Shown: in pieces, positions 18,800 through 29,565 of the stretch
How the letters are laid out: each line of letters begins with the position of its first letter
Position numbering within the stretch: the first letter of the stretch is position 1
Assembly: GCA_026986785.1 (NCBI GenBank)
Contig: JALSNW010000024.1
Span: forward strand, 30,223 to 94,222
DNA from: Deltaproteobacteria bacterium
GTDB lineage: Bacteria; Desulfobacterota; Dissulfuribacteria; Dissulfuribacterales; QOAL01
Reading direction: 5' to 3'
Length of the DNA: 64,000 nucleotides
Made by a program: the position numbers and the translations under genes
Notes under the pieces: model-generated
Seen by the model: the letters and a program-made list of their open reading frames with translations, nothing else
What the model was told of the DNA's origin: nothing
Databases searched by the model: none

Positions 18800-19762
18800 T
18801 TATCTTTCTGATCTTGGTGAAGTGGGGACTACATCTGGTAGGTGTGCCTCAAGATATTTACCCAATTTCTTTTTCAAGCGCGACTCTATCTGACGCACTC
18901 TCTCTCTGGAAACACCAAAGCGTTCACCCAATTCCTGCAGGGTCTTGGGCTCTTCTGCCAGAAGCCTTTGCTCGAATATTATCTTTTCTCTGTCCTTTAG
19001 GGTGGAGGCAAAATCTTTCAGCTGCTCACCGAGTTTATCCTCCATCTCCTTCTGGGCGATGGAGGACTCCACCCCAATGTCCTGACTGGGCAGAAAATCA
19101 AGGTAATTGTCCTGGGAATCCTGTTTCACTGGGGCATCAAGTGATACCTCCCATGAACCCATCCTCTGCTCCATGTCCACAACTTCCTGTTCAGAGACAT
19201 TCAATCTCTGGGAAATCAGCTTGGGAACAGGTTCAAAACCCAGGGCCCTGATATTTTCCTTTTCCTTGTTGAGATTGTAAAAGAGCTTTCTCTGGGCTTG
19301 AGTAGTGCCAATCTTTACCAAACGCCAGTTGTCCATAATAAATTTCAGGATATAGGCCTTTATCCAAAAAGAGGCATAATAGGAGAATTTTACCCCCTTA
19401 TACGGGTTGAATTTTTTCACTGCATGTAATAGCCCCACATTGCCCTCTTGTACCAGATCGAGAAAATTCTGCATCCAAAACTTTTGGAAATCCAGGGCAA
19501 TCTTCACTACCAGACGCAGGTTCGAAGCCACTATCTTATGGGCTAAGGCAGGATCCCTCGTTTCATAGTAGGCCTTGGTGAGTGCCTCTTCTTCTTTCCT
19601 GGACAACAGAGGGTACTTATTGATCTCTGCAAGATAGCGCTGTAGATTGTCTGCCTCGACAGGATATGCAGCTTCATTGTTCTTGGGCACAGGAAGACGG
19701 GCTTCCTTACCGGCCTTAGTATCCCTTTTCCTTTTTTTTCTGCCCTTCTTTATCTTTTTCAT
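18800..19762 (-). CDS. rpoH: RNA polymerase sigma-32-type factor (RpoH-like)
   Basis: Sigma-70 regions 2 to 4 and an RpoH-box-like QRKLFYNLNK. The N-terminus is lysine-rich. Confidence 0.75.
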   Translation of the reverse strand: MKKIKKGRKKRKRDTKAGKEARLPVPKNNEAAYPVEADNLQRYLAEINKYPLLSRKEEEALTKAYYETRDPALAHKIVASNLRLVVKIALDFQKFWMQNFLDLVQEGNVGLLHAVKKFNPYKGVKFSYYASFWIKAYILKFIMDNWRLVKIGTTQAQRKLFYNLNKEKENIRALGFEPVPKLISQRLNVSEQEVVDMEQRMGSWEVSLDAPVKQDSQDNYLDFLPSQDIGVESSIAQKEMEDKLGEQLKDFASTLKDREKIIFEQRLLAEEPKTLQELGERFGVSRERVRQIESRLKKKLGKYLEAHLPDVVPTSPRSER

Positions 19763-19834
19763 AGGTTTCCTGTATGCATTTGGTCAACGGTATCGAAAAT
19801 GGGATATATCTTGCCTCTACCTCTTCAGACTCTC

Positions 19835-20386
19835 TCAAAGCCTTGCCAAAACGCCCTTGTTGACCTCTTCCATTCTCTGTCGGCCCTCAAGCTTCTCAAC
19901 CAATGCCAGGGCAAATTCCAAGGCTGTACCAGGCCCTTGGCTGGTTATAAGCTGTCCATCACGAGCGACCCTCTCCTCAGAAAGGGTCGACTGTTTCACG
20001 GCATTTCTGCATACAGGATGACATGCGATGATCTTGCCCTTGGAAAGGCCATGCCTATCCAACACTGTGGGAGCCGCACAGATAGCCCCTATCAATCTAC
20101 CATTTTCGAGCTGTTTTTTAAGCATCGACACCACTGTCTCATTTGATGCAAGGCTCTCCGTGCTATCAAGGCCTCCTGGAAGTACGATCAGATCAAAAGC
20201 AATATCCTTCACTTGGTCGAGAAAGACATCGGGAACTATCTTCACATCCCTGGCAGAAGGGACAGGATTTGGGCCAACAGAGGCAATCCGTATATCCACT
20301 GCTGCACGCCTCAAGATATCCACCACAGCTACTGCCTCCAGTTCTTCATAGCCTGGGGCAAGAATTATCAGGGCCTTTTTGGCCAT
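19835..20386 (-). CDS. DJ-1/PfpI family protein
   Basis: Nucleophile elbow AICAAP and a typical length of about 180 aa. Confidence 0.85.
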   Translation of the reverse strand: MAKKALIILAPGYEELEAVAVVDILRRAAVDIRIASVGPNPVPSARDVKIVPDVFLDQVKDIAFDLIVLPGGLDSTESLASNETVVSMLKKQLENGRLIGAICAAPTVLDRHGLSKGKIIACHPVCRNAVKQSTLSEERVARDGQLITSQGPGTALEFALALVEKLEGRQRMEEVNKGVLARL

Positions 20387-20677
20387 TTACGAATCCTCCA
20401 TTATTTGATGCCAAGTTTATTGAAAAAAGATACTATAATTTATTGACAATTGCTAATGACTGTCTGAACTTGTCGAGTTAAACGATTGTGCTTCGCTTTA
20501 CCCCCAATTGGAGGGGTCAAAATTAAAAAATGCTAATTTTTTGATTAACTCAAAAGAAAACTACCCAGACAAATCTCAGTCTGCCTTGATCCAGATTTCA
20601 AGGATGACGAAAAGGATTTGATGATTATCTATCTTTCAATAGCTTAATTTGTTGCAAAAAGCAATCTTAGAAATGTT

Positions 20678-22045
20678 ATGAATAAAACGGCTGATGATAA
20701 AAAAATTCCCACTGTAGCTATTATTGGCAGACCAAATGTGGGCAAATCCACCCTATTCAATCGTCTCACTGGCAAAAGGGATGCGCTTGTAGACAAGACA
20801 CCAGGGCTGACCAGAGACAGACGTCATGCCATTGTGGAGCTTCGAGACCATCCAGTCGAGATAATAGACACAGCAGGCATAGAATCCTCTTCAGATACTC
20901 CTGATGTACTTGGTTTAAGGGCAAAAGAGCAAACCAAGCTGGCCATAGAGCAGGCGGACTGCCTTTGCCTGCTATTCGATGCAAAGGCTGGGCTCCAGCC
21001 AGGTGATCTGGATATAGTAGAACTGGCCAGGAAATCTTTTAAACCTTGGATTGCAGTTGTGAACAAGGTGGAATCTGGAAACATAAAGGCTGCGGCCCTG
21101 GAATTCTATGAAACAGGTATTGCTGAATTTACATTGATCTCTGCCAAGAGTGGCAGTGGTCTCGAAGAACTGAAAGATCGGCTTTTGGGCCTGTGGCGAT
21201 CTTATGCAGACAAAGAGACCAAGAAGGGCAATGGCCATGAATTTTCCCAGGGAGAAGCTATACGCGTCTGTCTCGTGGGCAGACCAAATGTGGGTAAATC
21301 CTCCATCATGAACCAGTTGGTGGGACAGGACAGGATGCTGGTCTCTAACATCCCTGGAACTACCAGGGATAGTATAGACTGTCTCTTACAACGACAACAA
21401 GGTAAGGATATAATCTTTGTCGATACTGCTGGTATAAGAAAAAGGTCGAAGGTAAAACACAGGGTGGAAAAATTCAGTGTCCTAAAGGCAATTGAATCCA
21501 TGAGAACTGCCCACATATGCATATGCGTATTTGATGCCAGTGAAGGGATAACAGAACAGGACAGACGCCTTGCCGGCTACACCAGGGAATATGCAAAGGG
21601 TTGCATAACGGTCTTCAACAAATGGGACTTGGTAAAGGAAGATGGCAAGTTGAGAAAGTTCCTGTCCGATGAGGCAAAAATCATGAAAAAGATGATGCCC
21701 TATGCCCCCCATCTGAATATCTCTGCCATAACTGGGAAGAACATAAAAAAGCTATTATCCCTCATAGACCAGGTATACTCTGACTTCTCGTCCAAAGAGA
21801 CCACTGGAAGGCTAAACAGGATCCTAAAGCAGGCTTTACTCAGGCGAAACCCGCCTGTGACTAAAGGCCACTTTCTGAAACTATTCTACGTGACCCAGAC
21901 AGATACTAGGCCTCCTGTACTGACCTTCTTCGCCAATTACCCTCATCTTTTTCCTGAACATTATAGAAGATTTTTGGAAAATTTTTTCAGGCAGGAGCTG
22001 GACATACCATATACGCCAATAAAGATCATCCTGAAAGAAAGATGA
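20678..22045 (+). CDS. der: Ribosome-associated GTPase Der (EngA)
   Basis: Two tandem GTPase domains (GRPNVGKST twice; DTAG twice) plus a C-terminal KH-like domain. Confidence 0.93.
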   Translation: MNKTADDKKIPTVAIIGRPNVGKSTLFNRLTGKRDALVDKTPGLTRDRRHAIVELRDHPVEIIDTAGIESSSDTPDVLGLRAKEQTKLAIEQADCLCLLFDAKAGLQPGDLDIVELARKSFKPWIAVVNKVESGNIKAAALEFYETGIAEFTLISAKSGSGLEELKDRLLGLWRSYADKETKKGNGHEFSQGEAIRVCLVGRPNVGKSSIMNQLVGQDRMLVSNIPGTTRDSIDCLLQRQQGKDIIFVDTAGIRKRSKVKHRVEKFSVLKAIESMRTAHICICVFDASEGITEQDRRLAGYTREYAKGCITVFNKWDLVKEDGKLRKFLSDEAKIMKKMMPYAPHLNISAITGKNIKKLLSLIDQVYSDFSSKETTGRLNRILKQALLRRNPPVTKGHFLKLFYVTQTDTRPPVLTFFANYPHLFPEHYRRFLENFFRQELDIPYTPIKIILKER

Positions 22046-22119
22046 TAACAAGTGCCACCCGAGTCCAGAAAACCATATTCTCGCCTGATCCATGCATCTG
22101 GACGTATAGAATGCATGTT

Positions 22120-22908
22120 CTAAAAGAGTAGTAGTGCTGCCACTATTGCGGATAAAAATAGCCTGTATACTACAAAGGGATAAAAGGTATTGTTTTTGAG
22201 ATAATTCATCAAAAACGCGATTACCAGATATCCAGACACTGCTGAGGCGAGAAATCCCCAAAGGAAATTCAATGTAATATGGGTATTGGTATTCATGAGC
22301 TTCAAGGCCTCATAGAGGCCCGCCCCAGCAATTATCGGGGCAGAAAGGAGGAAAGAAAAACGCGCTGCTGCCTCCCTGGAAAAACCGAGAAACAGGCCAC
22401 AGGTCATGGTGATACCACTTCTTGACACCCCAGGTATAATGGCCAAGGCCTGAGAAATCCCGATGAGGACCGCATCTGGCAATCCCAAAGAAGAAAAGGA
22501 CTTTTCAAGGCGAGCCAATTTTTCTGCAAGGCCAAGCAATAGCGCCACACCAGCAAGTGTAGCCACCACCACCCAAGGAGAGCGCAGATAAGTGGATACG
22601 GCATGCTCCAACAAGAAACCAGCCACTGCCCCAGGCACTGTTCCAGCCATTAGATATAGTAAGAGCTTTCTCTCCTTGGCTTCATGCCCCCCTGGCATTA
22701 TGGATCTTAGCATTCCTGCCCAGTCTTTGAAAAAAAATGCCATGACTGCCAAAAGGGTGCCGATATGCAAGGTGACATCAAAGGCCAAAGAGGTCCCTTG
22801 CAGCCCTAAGAAGTATTCTGCCAGGACCAGATGACCAGAGCTCGAAACGGGCAAGAACTCTGTTATCCCCTGCAACACCCCTAAAAATACTGCCTCTGAA
22901 ATGTTCAT
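22120..22908 (-). CDS. uppP: Undecaprenyl-diphosphate phosphatase (UppP/BacA)
   Basis: GITEFLPVSSSGHL and PGVSRSG motifs in a polytopic membrane protein. Confidence 0.92.
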   Translation of the reverse strand: MNISEAVFLGVLQGITEFLPVSSSGHLVLAEYFLGLQGTSLAFDVTLHIGTLLAVMAFFFKDWAGMLRSIMPGGHEAKERKLLLYLMAGTVPGAVAGFLLEHAVSTYLRSPWVVVATLAGVALLLGLAEKLARLEKSFSSLGLPDAVLIGISQALAIIPGVSRSGITMTCGLFLGFSREAAARFSFLLSAPIIAGAGLYEALKLMNTNTHITLNFLWGFLASAVSGYLVIAFLMNYLKNNTFYPFVVYRLFLSAIVAALLLF

Positions 22909-22980
22909 CTGATAAAATACACCACTGGTTTTCTAATTTGCCATTATCATCATAATTAGGTAATGAAATAGGATCGGGGC

Positions 22981-24066
22981 ATGGTTGAAAAAAACAAGCC
23001 CATCTTTATCTCCTACAAGACTAATTCATTAAGGGCTATGGGACAAACAAATTTCTGGAAGGATACAGGGATCGGAAATCTGATCATGACAGGACTGCCT
23101 GGAGCTTTTCTGGACCCTGGAACCAAGGATCTCATATCAAGATTTGGCATCTCCAATTTCATCATATTTTCTAAAAACACCAAAGAAGGACCTGATACTC
23201 TAAAAAGGCTTTGCCATGATATAGAATCAGCCTGTGTGACCCAGGGCCTTTATCCATTGATTGCTGTGGATCAAGAAGGAGGCCCAGTCAGGAGGCTCAT
23301 GCCCCCTCTCTTCCCAGATATGGGTTCAGCCACAGGTGTCCTCTCGTCCTCCCGCCCAAGAGATGCCATGAGAGAGCTGGCATGGACAACGGCCTCCATG
23401 CTGAAAGATGTTGGCATCAACATGAACCTATCCCCTGTTCTGGATCTATGCCTGGAAGCAGAAGGGCACGTGTTAAGAGGCCGCTGCCTCGGCCGAGAAG
23501 CAGAACAGGTTGCAGAGCTCGGCACTGTCTATATAGAAGAATTGCAGGGAAATGGCATAGTTGCAACGGCAAAACATTTTCCAGGCATAGGTATGGCCAT
23601 GGTTGATCCCCACCTTGAAAGAGCCATGGTGAGAGGATCGGACAAGAAAATTTGGGAAGGCCTGATCCCCTTTCGCCAGGCCATCAAGGCTGGTGTGGCT
23701 GCAGTAATGACATCACATGTGGTATTTACTGCCATTGATCCGTCAAGGCCTGCCACCTTTTCCAGGAAAATAGCCACCAAAATACTGAGAAGGGATCTTG
23801 GCTTCAAAGGGCTGCTACTTTCAGATGACCTTGAAATGAAAGGAGCAACAGCTCATGAAGCCATTGGACAGGCAGCAGTAGATGCATGTCTGGCAGGCCA
23901 TGACCTACTCCTCGTCTGCAACAACCAGGAAAATGTCATACAGTGCCTGGAATCCTTGAGGCAGGCATATGAAACCGGCGTGCTAAGCAAGACAACCGTT
24001 GAGGCCTCTTGCCAGAGGATACGATTGGCCCAAAAAACGGTACATGACAGAGAGACAAGACGCTGA
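22981..24066 (+). CDS. nagZ: Beta-N-acetylhexosaminidase, GH3 (NagZ-like)
   Basis: DQEGGPVRRL and KHFPGIG motifs typical of GH3 NagZ. The exact start is uncertain. Confidence 0.8.
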   Translation: MVEKNKPIFISYKTNSLRAMGQTNFWKDTGIGNLIMTGLPGAFLDPGTKDLISRFGISNFIIFSKNTKEGPDTLKRLCHDIESACVTQGLYPLIAVDQEGGPVRRLMPPLFPDMGSATGVLSSSRPRDAMRELAWTTASMLKDVGINMNLSPVLDLCLEAEGHVLRGRCLGREAEQVAELGTVYIEELQGNGIVATAKHFPGIGMAMVDPHLERAMVRGSDKKIWEGLIPFRQAIKAGVAAVMTSHVVFTAIDPSRPATFSRKIATKILRRDLGFKGLLLSDDLEMKGATAHEAIGQAAVDACLAGHDLLLVCNNQENVIQCLESLRQAYETGVLSKTTVEASCQRIRLAQKTVHDRETRR

Positions 24067-24343
24067 GACCTAATTGCAAATCAGCTCATAGTCTAGTAGA
24101 CTTTTATCCTATTCCCTGATTCACTAAGAGGTGCTTCCGCAAGCTGCCAGGGATGTCCCGCAGTTTACGCTGCAAGGGGTTTTCGATTTCGCTGGATTTC
24201 TTGTATTATCAAGGTATTGGAATACCAAGTATGCCCGGATCCTTGATGCCTTGCATCTTCATCAAACTTGCGAGCTGCAATATCTGGGTTTATATAAACT
24301 TACTCGACTGTTATGGAATCAAGAGGGGCATAAAAACATCAAA

Positions 24344-25258
24344 ATGGAGCCGCAACGCTCAAGACACCTCCCGCTTATCACCCTGCTAATAACCCTTTTC
24401 CTATCAACAGGCTGTTCCCTCATACCAAGGAATCAAGCCCGGCCCATTGCCAGTGGCGAGAACTGGAGGGTCAGGCTTGTAAAATACTCTGTGGGCTCAG
24501 ACCTGATCACCAAGGCAGGCTTTGAACATCCCTTTCAGATCAGCCTGGCAAAACTGAACAATATCCTTGCATCCATATACATCCAAGACAAGAACGTAAT
24601 TGGCAAGAAGGGACATCAACAGCTCTTCCCGGCAAAGGTCAGAAGGGTTCTCCTCCAACCGTTACACGATGCCTTTCAAAAGGCCAAACCCGACGAAGTA
24701 ATAGATTTTGCATTTGTACAGGGTAAAAGCTTCCTCTGGATCTTCAACCACGACCTCTTTACCAGCGGGATCTTTTTCAAGAAGAACGGCAAGTTGAACC
24801 TTGTCATGAGGGTAGTCAATTTCCAGTGCGACAGCTATCCTGAAGCACTCAGGCAGTTTGTAAGCGATCCCACTCAAAGGGCCATCACCAATGACTGGGC
24901 ATTTGTTTTGCGACCAGGAATGACCCTAAAGAAAAGGACCAAAAGGGGGTTCGCCCTCTTTCAAAAACCATATTTCCCCAACTGGGTGATAATTGATCTG
25001 GGCAGGGAATACAGACCTGAAAAAAGAAGGATCAAGCACTTTGAAAGGCTTATGAAGGCACCTCCATCTGTGAAGGAAAATCCCTCCCCTGTTGATTTCC
25101 GGCCTGTCAGACCGGAAATCATAAAACCACAGGCGCACAAAAGCATAGACAATCCAGAAGTAAGGAAAAAGCTCCAGGTTCTAAGGGAACTTTACAATTC
25201 TGGGGCAATAAGCCGCTCCACCTATGAAAGGAAGAAGGAGGAGCTGCTTTCACCCTGA
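24344..25258 (+). CDS. Lipoprotein of unknown function with SHOCT-like C-terminus
   Basis: The ATG at 24344 gives MEPQRSRHLPLITLLITLFLSTGC with lipobox LSTGC. The C-terminal LRELYNSGAISRSTYERKKEELL resembles a SHOCT motif. The upstream part of ORF 24131.. is discarded. Confidence 0.6.
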   Translation: MEPQRSRHLPLITLLITLFLSTGCSLIPRNQARPIASGENWRVRLVKYSVGSDLITKAGFEHPFQISLAKLNNILASIYIQDKNVIGKKGHQQLFPAKVRRVLLQPLHDAFQKAKPDEVIDFAFVQGKSFLWIFNHDLFTSGIFFKKNGKLNLVMRVVNFQCDSYPEALRQFVSDPTQRAITNDWAFVLRPGMTLKKRTKRGFALFQKPYFPNWVIIDLGREYRPEKRRIKHFERLMKAPPSVKENPSPVDFRPVRPEIIKPQAHKSIDNPEVRKKLQVLRELYNSGAISRSTYERKKEELLSP

Positions 25259-25380
25259 AGGGAATAGATAACAGGAAATAAGCCACCTATCACCTCTTGA
25301 ATATCAGTTATCCTATGTCAGGATGAGATGATGAACCAATAGGGTGCTATGCCTTTCCATATATGAGGATGTATAAATAG

Positions 25381-25917
25381 ATGTCATTTCCTGAGCTAAT
25401 TTTCGGCAATCAGGAAGCCTATTGCAGCACCCTGATCCAGATTGACAATTTCTTTCTGGATCACAGGAGACAACTTGCAGACGTAGACTTCAGGGCAAGG
25501 CAAATCAAGACGGCCTATATCTGTCTTGAACATTTCTTTCAAGAATTCACAGGGCCCATATGTAGTAGCTGCATGGAACCATGCTGTGTAAACCGCCATG
25601 GTTTCCCTGATTTTGAGGATCTGATAGTCCTCAGGGCCATGGAGATCGAGCCACCTGCCTTCAATTGTCAATGTATTGATACAGAGCCTTGCCAATTTCT
25701 CTCTCCTGCAGGCTGTATCCTTCCAAGAATCAGGAGATCCTACAGGTGCACTTGGTATTTCTGCGATGTATGTATGGATAAATTTCAGCAGCTCAACTGT
25801 GTAGAATTCATACACTTTCGATATGAAATGACCCTACTTTCCCAAAGACGCACCGAACTGTTGAGGCTGTTCGAAGAGGAGTGGATGCGATCCTGTCAGT
25901 CTGGATCATATGGGTAG
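25381..25917 (+). CDS. YkgJ-like cysteine-cluster protein (CxxCxxCC)
   Basis: CSSCMEPCC motif plus further conserved cysteines. Confidence 0.55.
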   Translation: MSFPELIFGNQEAYCSTLIQIDNFFLDHRRQLADVDFRARQIKTAYICLEHFFQEFTGPICSSCMEPCCVNRHGFPDFEDLIVLRAMEIEPPAFNCQCIDTEPCQFLSPAGCILPRIRRSYRCTWYFCDVCMDKFQQLNCVEFIHFRYEMTLLSQRRTELLRLFEEEWMRSCQSGSYG

Positions 25918-26931
25918 ATAGACCTTAAAGGCTGTCCCTCCAGAAACAGGCTGATCTATTGCCACAGTACCACCGTGGGCCTCTACTATTTTCTTGGTTA
26001 TTGGCAGCCCCAGGCCATTGCCGCTTGCCTTCTTTGAGAAATAGGGATCAAAACAGTGTTCCAAGGTCTCCTTATCCATACCTTGGCCTCTGTCCCTTAC
26101 TGTAATCAGGGCATATTTCTTTCGTTTCTTGAGGGAGATATGGACCTCACCTCCTGCCTTAGAGGCCTCTATGGCATTTGAGATCACGTTCACCAGTGCC
26201 CTCTCCAGCAAAAACGGATCAGCCTGAAGATATATCTCTTCAAGTTCTGTCTGCAACTTCACACCTGCCTTCATAGCCTTTTCTCTACACATCTTCACGG
26301 CATTCTCAACAACCTCCGACAGGTTACACAGCTCTTTTTTCAAACTAACAGGCCGTGCAAAGTCCAGGACATCGTTCACTATCCTTTTCATCCTGAGGGC
26401 ATCTTGCAACATTATTGGGACATATTTGGCACAATCTCCCTTGCCTGCAGAAAGCCTTTCGAGAAGTCCTATTATGCTTACCAAAGGATTTTTTAGATCA
26501 TGAACGATACCAGAAGTGATACGTCCCAGGGATATTATCATACGGTTTCTTTCCAGTTCAGTTCTGATCCTTTTGTCCCTGTCTGCAAGATATCCAGCCC
26601 CAAATGCAAAAAGCAGATAGAAGAAAAGGTCTATTATCCTGGCAGATTCGAGTTCCAGGCTCCCGTGCCAGGTATTGACGATAAAAGGGACGTAAAATAG
26701 ATAGATGGCCCCCAAGGATATCAATGCCCCACGCCTGCCGTAACGCATGGCTGCTATGAATATGGGGAAATAATAGAGTTCTCTTTCAAGTTCCCAGAGA
26801 TCATTTGAGCCAGTGCAAAAATACTGTATGGCAGTAATCCCAAGGATTGATATAGCTATCAACCAAAAAAATTTCTCTCTCAACAAATGAAGTGGGGCCA
26901 ACGATTTGATTCCTTTAACTTGTAATAACAA
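25906..26931 (-). CDS. Membrane sensor histidine kinase (orphan)
   Basis: Several N-terminal TM helices, H-box SGIVHDLKNPL, and N/G boxes NAIEAS and GNGLGLPITKKIVEAHGG. No response regulator is adjacent. Confidence 0.88.
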   Translation of the reverse strand: MLLQVKGIKSLAPLHLLREKFFWLIAISILGITAIQYFCTGSNDLWELERELYYFPIFIAAMRYGRRGALISLGAIYLFYVPFIVNTWHGSLELESARIIDLFFYLLFAFGAGYLADRDKRIRTELERNRMIISLGRITSGIVHDLKNPLVSIIGLLERLSAGKGDCAKYVPIMLQDALRMKRIVNDVLDFARPVSLKKELCNLSEVVENAVKMCREKAMKAGVKLQTELEEIYLQADPFLLERALVNVISNAIEASKAGGEVHISLKKRKKYALITVRDRGQGMDKETLEHCFDPYFSKKASGNGLGLPITKKIVEAHGGTVAIDQPVSGGTAFKVYLPI

Positions 26932-27572
26932 TAAAGTGCTTTGCCAGCAATGTGGTCCACATTCTATGCCAGATCAATCCATAAAAAAAACACAGGACGG
27001 ATAAGGTAAAATTGTATCAACGCAAATTACAGCTCCAGAGGGCATGTAGAACAGACATGCTTTTACATGCAGCCTGAAGCAGATGGGAATCGAGATTGTT
27101 TTCCCTCATCTTTATAAGGACATCTTTCCCCTATTGGCTACCTCTAAAAATCGATCTTACCCAAGCCAAGGCATGGTTAGGTTGTCTTCGAAAAATAATT
27201 CTCGAAGTATCGATCAAATCTCTGGGGTTATCTTTCTCATTCTCCTTGTCTCGAAACAGAATTCCCAATTTTTACAGATAACCATTGCTTAAGAACCCTT
27301 GGGAAAACAGGGCGAACAAAAAATATTAGCTGGTCATATTTGTGATATCCCTACCACCTTACACCAGATAATGGATATTATATTTACGGCAAAGAGGCAA
27401 TTCAAGGGGACTTTCGTCTGTTCTTTTATTATGTAAACAAAATTGAGCTAACTTTGGCTGACATACCATCTGTTTTTTGATCCAGGATTATACAGATCAC
27501 AAGCTTGGTTAAGATGTAAGGAGCGGACTACTTTTGATACTGCAACAGTCCGAGGACTTATCACTAATGGGA

Positions 27573-27593
27573 CTTTCACCTCATAGGTGAAAG
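27573..27593 (+). other. Perfect 8-bp stem / 5-nt loop hairpin in a non-coding gap
   Basis: The sequence reads CTTTCACC-tcata-GGTGAAAG. Confidence 0.4.
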
Positions 27594-27662
27594 CACAATG
27601 GAATCAAATGAATGTTAACCATGCAATCATTCAAGGGAATTAGTCTTTTCAGGCATTTTAAG

Positions 27663-27702
27663 TGTATAATTTGGGTTGCTGGGTCCTAATATAGTGTATA
27701 AT
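27663..27702 (+). promoter_or_regulatory. Two extended -10 boxes (TGTATAAT) upstream of yvlD-like gene
   Basis: TGTATAAT occurs at 27663-27670 and 27695-27702. The second lies 20 nt before the ATG at 27722. Confidence 0.45.
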
Positions 27703-27721
27703 CTTATCAAAAGGATAAAAC

Positions 27722-28129
27722 ATGATAGAAATCATCTTTATTTGGCTAGTAACTGCAGGTGGACTCTGGATCACCACAAAAATTGTAAAAGGTGTCGATG
27801 CAGAAAGCCCTGGAGCGCTCCTCGTGGCAGCCCTGGTCTTGGGGCTCATCAATAGTTTCATAAAACCAGTGCTCCTCTTTCTGACACTTCCCATCACCAT
27901 CCTGACATTTGGGATCTTTGCACTTGTCATAAATGCTCTCATGATCAGCCTGACATCGGTAATTGTACCTGGATTCAAGGTGGATGGCTTCGGATCTGCA
28001 CTGCTCGCTGCCATTGTCATGGCCCTCTTTTATCTCTGTGGTATCCTGCTTTTCGGCGCCTTCCTGGGGACTGGAGTCCATTGGATCTTCTGGTATGGAC
28101 ATCCCCATTCCTGTGGGATAGCCGTATGA
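27722..28129 (+). CDS. YvlD/DUF360 (holin-4-like) small membrane protein
   Basis: Four hydrophobic segments and the pattern GLINSFIKPVLLFLTLPITILTFGIFALVINALM typical of the family. Confidence 0.7.
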   Translation: MIEIIFIWLVTAGGLWITTKIVKGVDAESPGALLVAALVLGLINSFIKPVLLFLTLPITILTFGIFALVINALMISLTSVIVPGFKVDGFGSALLAAIVMALFYLCGILLFGAFLGTGVHWIFWYGHPHSCGIAV

Positions 28130-28132
28130 GTT

Positions 28133-28295
28133 ATGCACTTCAAATGCTTGGGTAAGGATTTTTTATAGAAAATCAGTCAATTATTTACATTTTTCCGGAT
28201 GAATACTTTCATCCAAAAGGTGAAGATTTTTCTGCTCTAAAAACTCAGACATTTTAAGCCGCAAGACGCTGCATATAATCCGGGATAAGAGTCAG
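28133..28295. repeat. Copy A of a diverged intergenic repeat family (see 41227-41904)
   Basis: The block ATGCACTTCAAATGCTTGGGTAAGGATTTTTTATAGAAAATC matches 41747.. at about 36/43 positions (hand alignment). A second block about 140 bp away shares the exact 14-mer ATAATCCGGGATAA with 41892... Confidence 0.6.
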
Positions 28296-28772
28296 GGCCT
28301 GAGCCGACCTGTTAGACTGGTTTGAAGCAAATCTGCTGGAGACACAACTCGCCACTGGCTGAATATGTAAGAGATTTTGGGATCACAAGCCAGCGCATGG
28401 TAAAAGATGTTGAAACATGAAAAATTAGAAGGGGATTCAGCACTTGGGCATGCAGTTGTAACCCCTAAAACAGATCAAGGCCTCAGCACTCGAAAAAAAC
28501 AGGCCTTGGCTGAAACAGGAAGGAAGTGAGTGCCCAGAAATTGACAAAGAAATCGTTTGTTTGTTAACTGTCTATTGTCAGGAGTCAAAATCCCAAAATT
28601 TCAGCTTATATAAAAAAGAGCGACACGAGCCACATGCTCATTATAACCTTCTAAGTTCATTAAAAATTTTTGCTTTTCTAACTACATAACCTGTATTTAC
28701 TGCTTAGATGACAGCGAGATGATCTCGTCGTTATATAAAAATGCCAGAACGAATAACTAATGGAGGGAAAAA

Positions 28773-29174
28773 ATGGGTATGATTCAAGAGTTTAAGGAAT
28801 TTGCAGTCAGAGGAAACGTAGTAGACATGGCAGTTGGTATCATCATTGGAGCTGCCTTTGGCAAGATAGTTTCGTCACTTGTGGCAGATGTGATCATGCC
28901 ACCAATAGGCTTAATCCTTGGAGGGGTGGATTTTTCCAACTTGGCCTTGACCATCAAAGCCGCAGTAGGAGATAGCCCGGCTATTACAGTCAAATATGGA
29001 AAATTCATTCAGACCGTTGTAGATTTCACCATAATATCATTTTCCATATTCATACTTGTTAAAGGGATAAATTCCTTGAAGAAGAAAGAAGAAGAGGCCC
29101 CCAAACCTGAAGAGCCGTCAAAACAAGAACTACTCCTTACAGAAATAAGAGATCTGCTGAAGGATGGTAAATAG
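28773..29174 (+). CDS. mscL: Large-conductance mechanosensitive channel MscL
   Basis: [41 protein letters not shown] is near-canonical MscL. Confidence 0.95.
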   Translation: MGMIQEFKEFAVRGNVVDMAVGIIIGAAFGKIVSSLVADVIMPPIGLILGGVDFSNLALTIKAAVGDSPAITVKYGKFIQTVVDFTIISFSIFILVKGINSLKKKEEEAPKPEEPSKQELLLTEIRDLLKDGK

Positions 29175-29273
29175 ATAGGGTGAAATATGATCACAGCCTG
29201 TTTTTTGAACACAAAAAGCTGATGATTTCCTGAAGTTAACCGAGAACGAGACAGCTAACCATATCATACGAAG

Positions 29274-29361
29274 TGGTGCCCGGGGAGAGACTCGAACTCT
29301 CACGGTGCAAAGCACCAAGGGATTTTAAGTCCCTTGTGTCTACCAATTCCACCACCCGGGC
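29274..29361 (-). tRNA. tRNA-Leu (anticodon TAA)
   Basis: Hand-folded: acceptor GCCCGGG/CCCGGGC, anticodon loop CTTAAAA, long variable arm, T arm GAGAG/CTCTC. CCA is encoded. Confidence 0.92.
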
Positions 29362-29501
29362 GTTTTGAAAAACAACTGAAAAACATATACTTTACACGAA
29401 ACAAAAGGTCAATCCAGCACTGCCCCCCTTTGAGTTCTGTCTTTGGTCAGTGGGACATGAAGCCCCGTACCCTTTGTTTACAAACCATCCTTTTAAAACG
29501 C

Positions 29502-29530
29502 TTGGCAGGATCTTGGTGCCTTACTATAAT
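29502..29530 (+). promoter_or_regulatory. Sigma-70 promoter candidate TTGGCA-N17-TATAAT
   Basis: -35 TTGGCA at 29502-29507, a 17-nt spacer and a perfect -10 TATAAT at 29525-29530. GGAGGA follows 7 nt before the TTG at 29566. Confidence 0.55.
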
Positions 29531-29565
29531 TGGCTGCTTTGAAACCAATTTCTGGAGGAACTAAA

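Noticed and set aside
24131-24343. N-terminal 71-aa extension of the lipoprotein ORF.
   Set aside because: The internal ATG at 24344 gives a canonical lipoprotein signal peptide. The extension has no protein-like character.
27658-28138. Minus-strand ORFs of 120 and 130 aa overlapping yvlD.
   Set aside because: They are antisense to a family-typical membrane protein gene. One of them is merely extended by repeat copy A.
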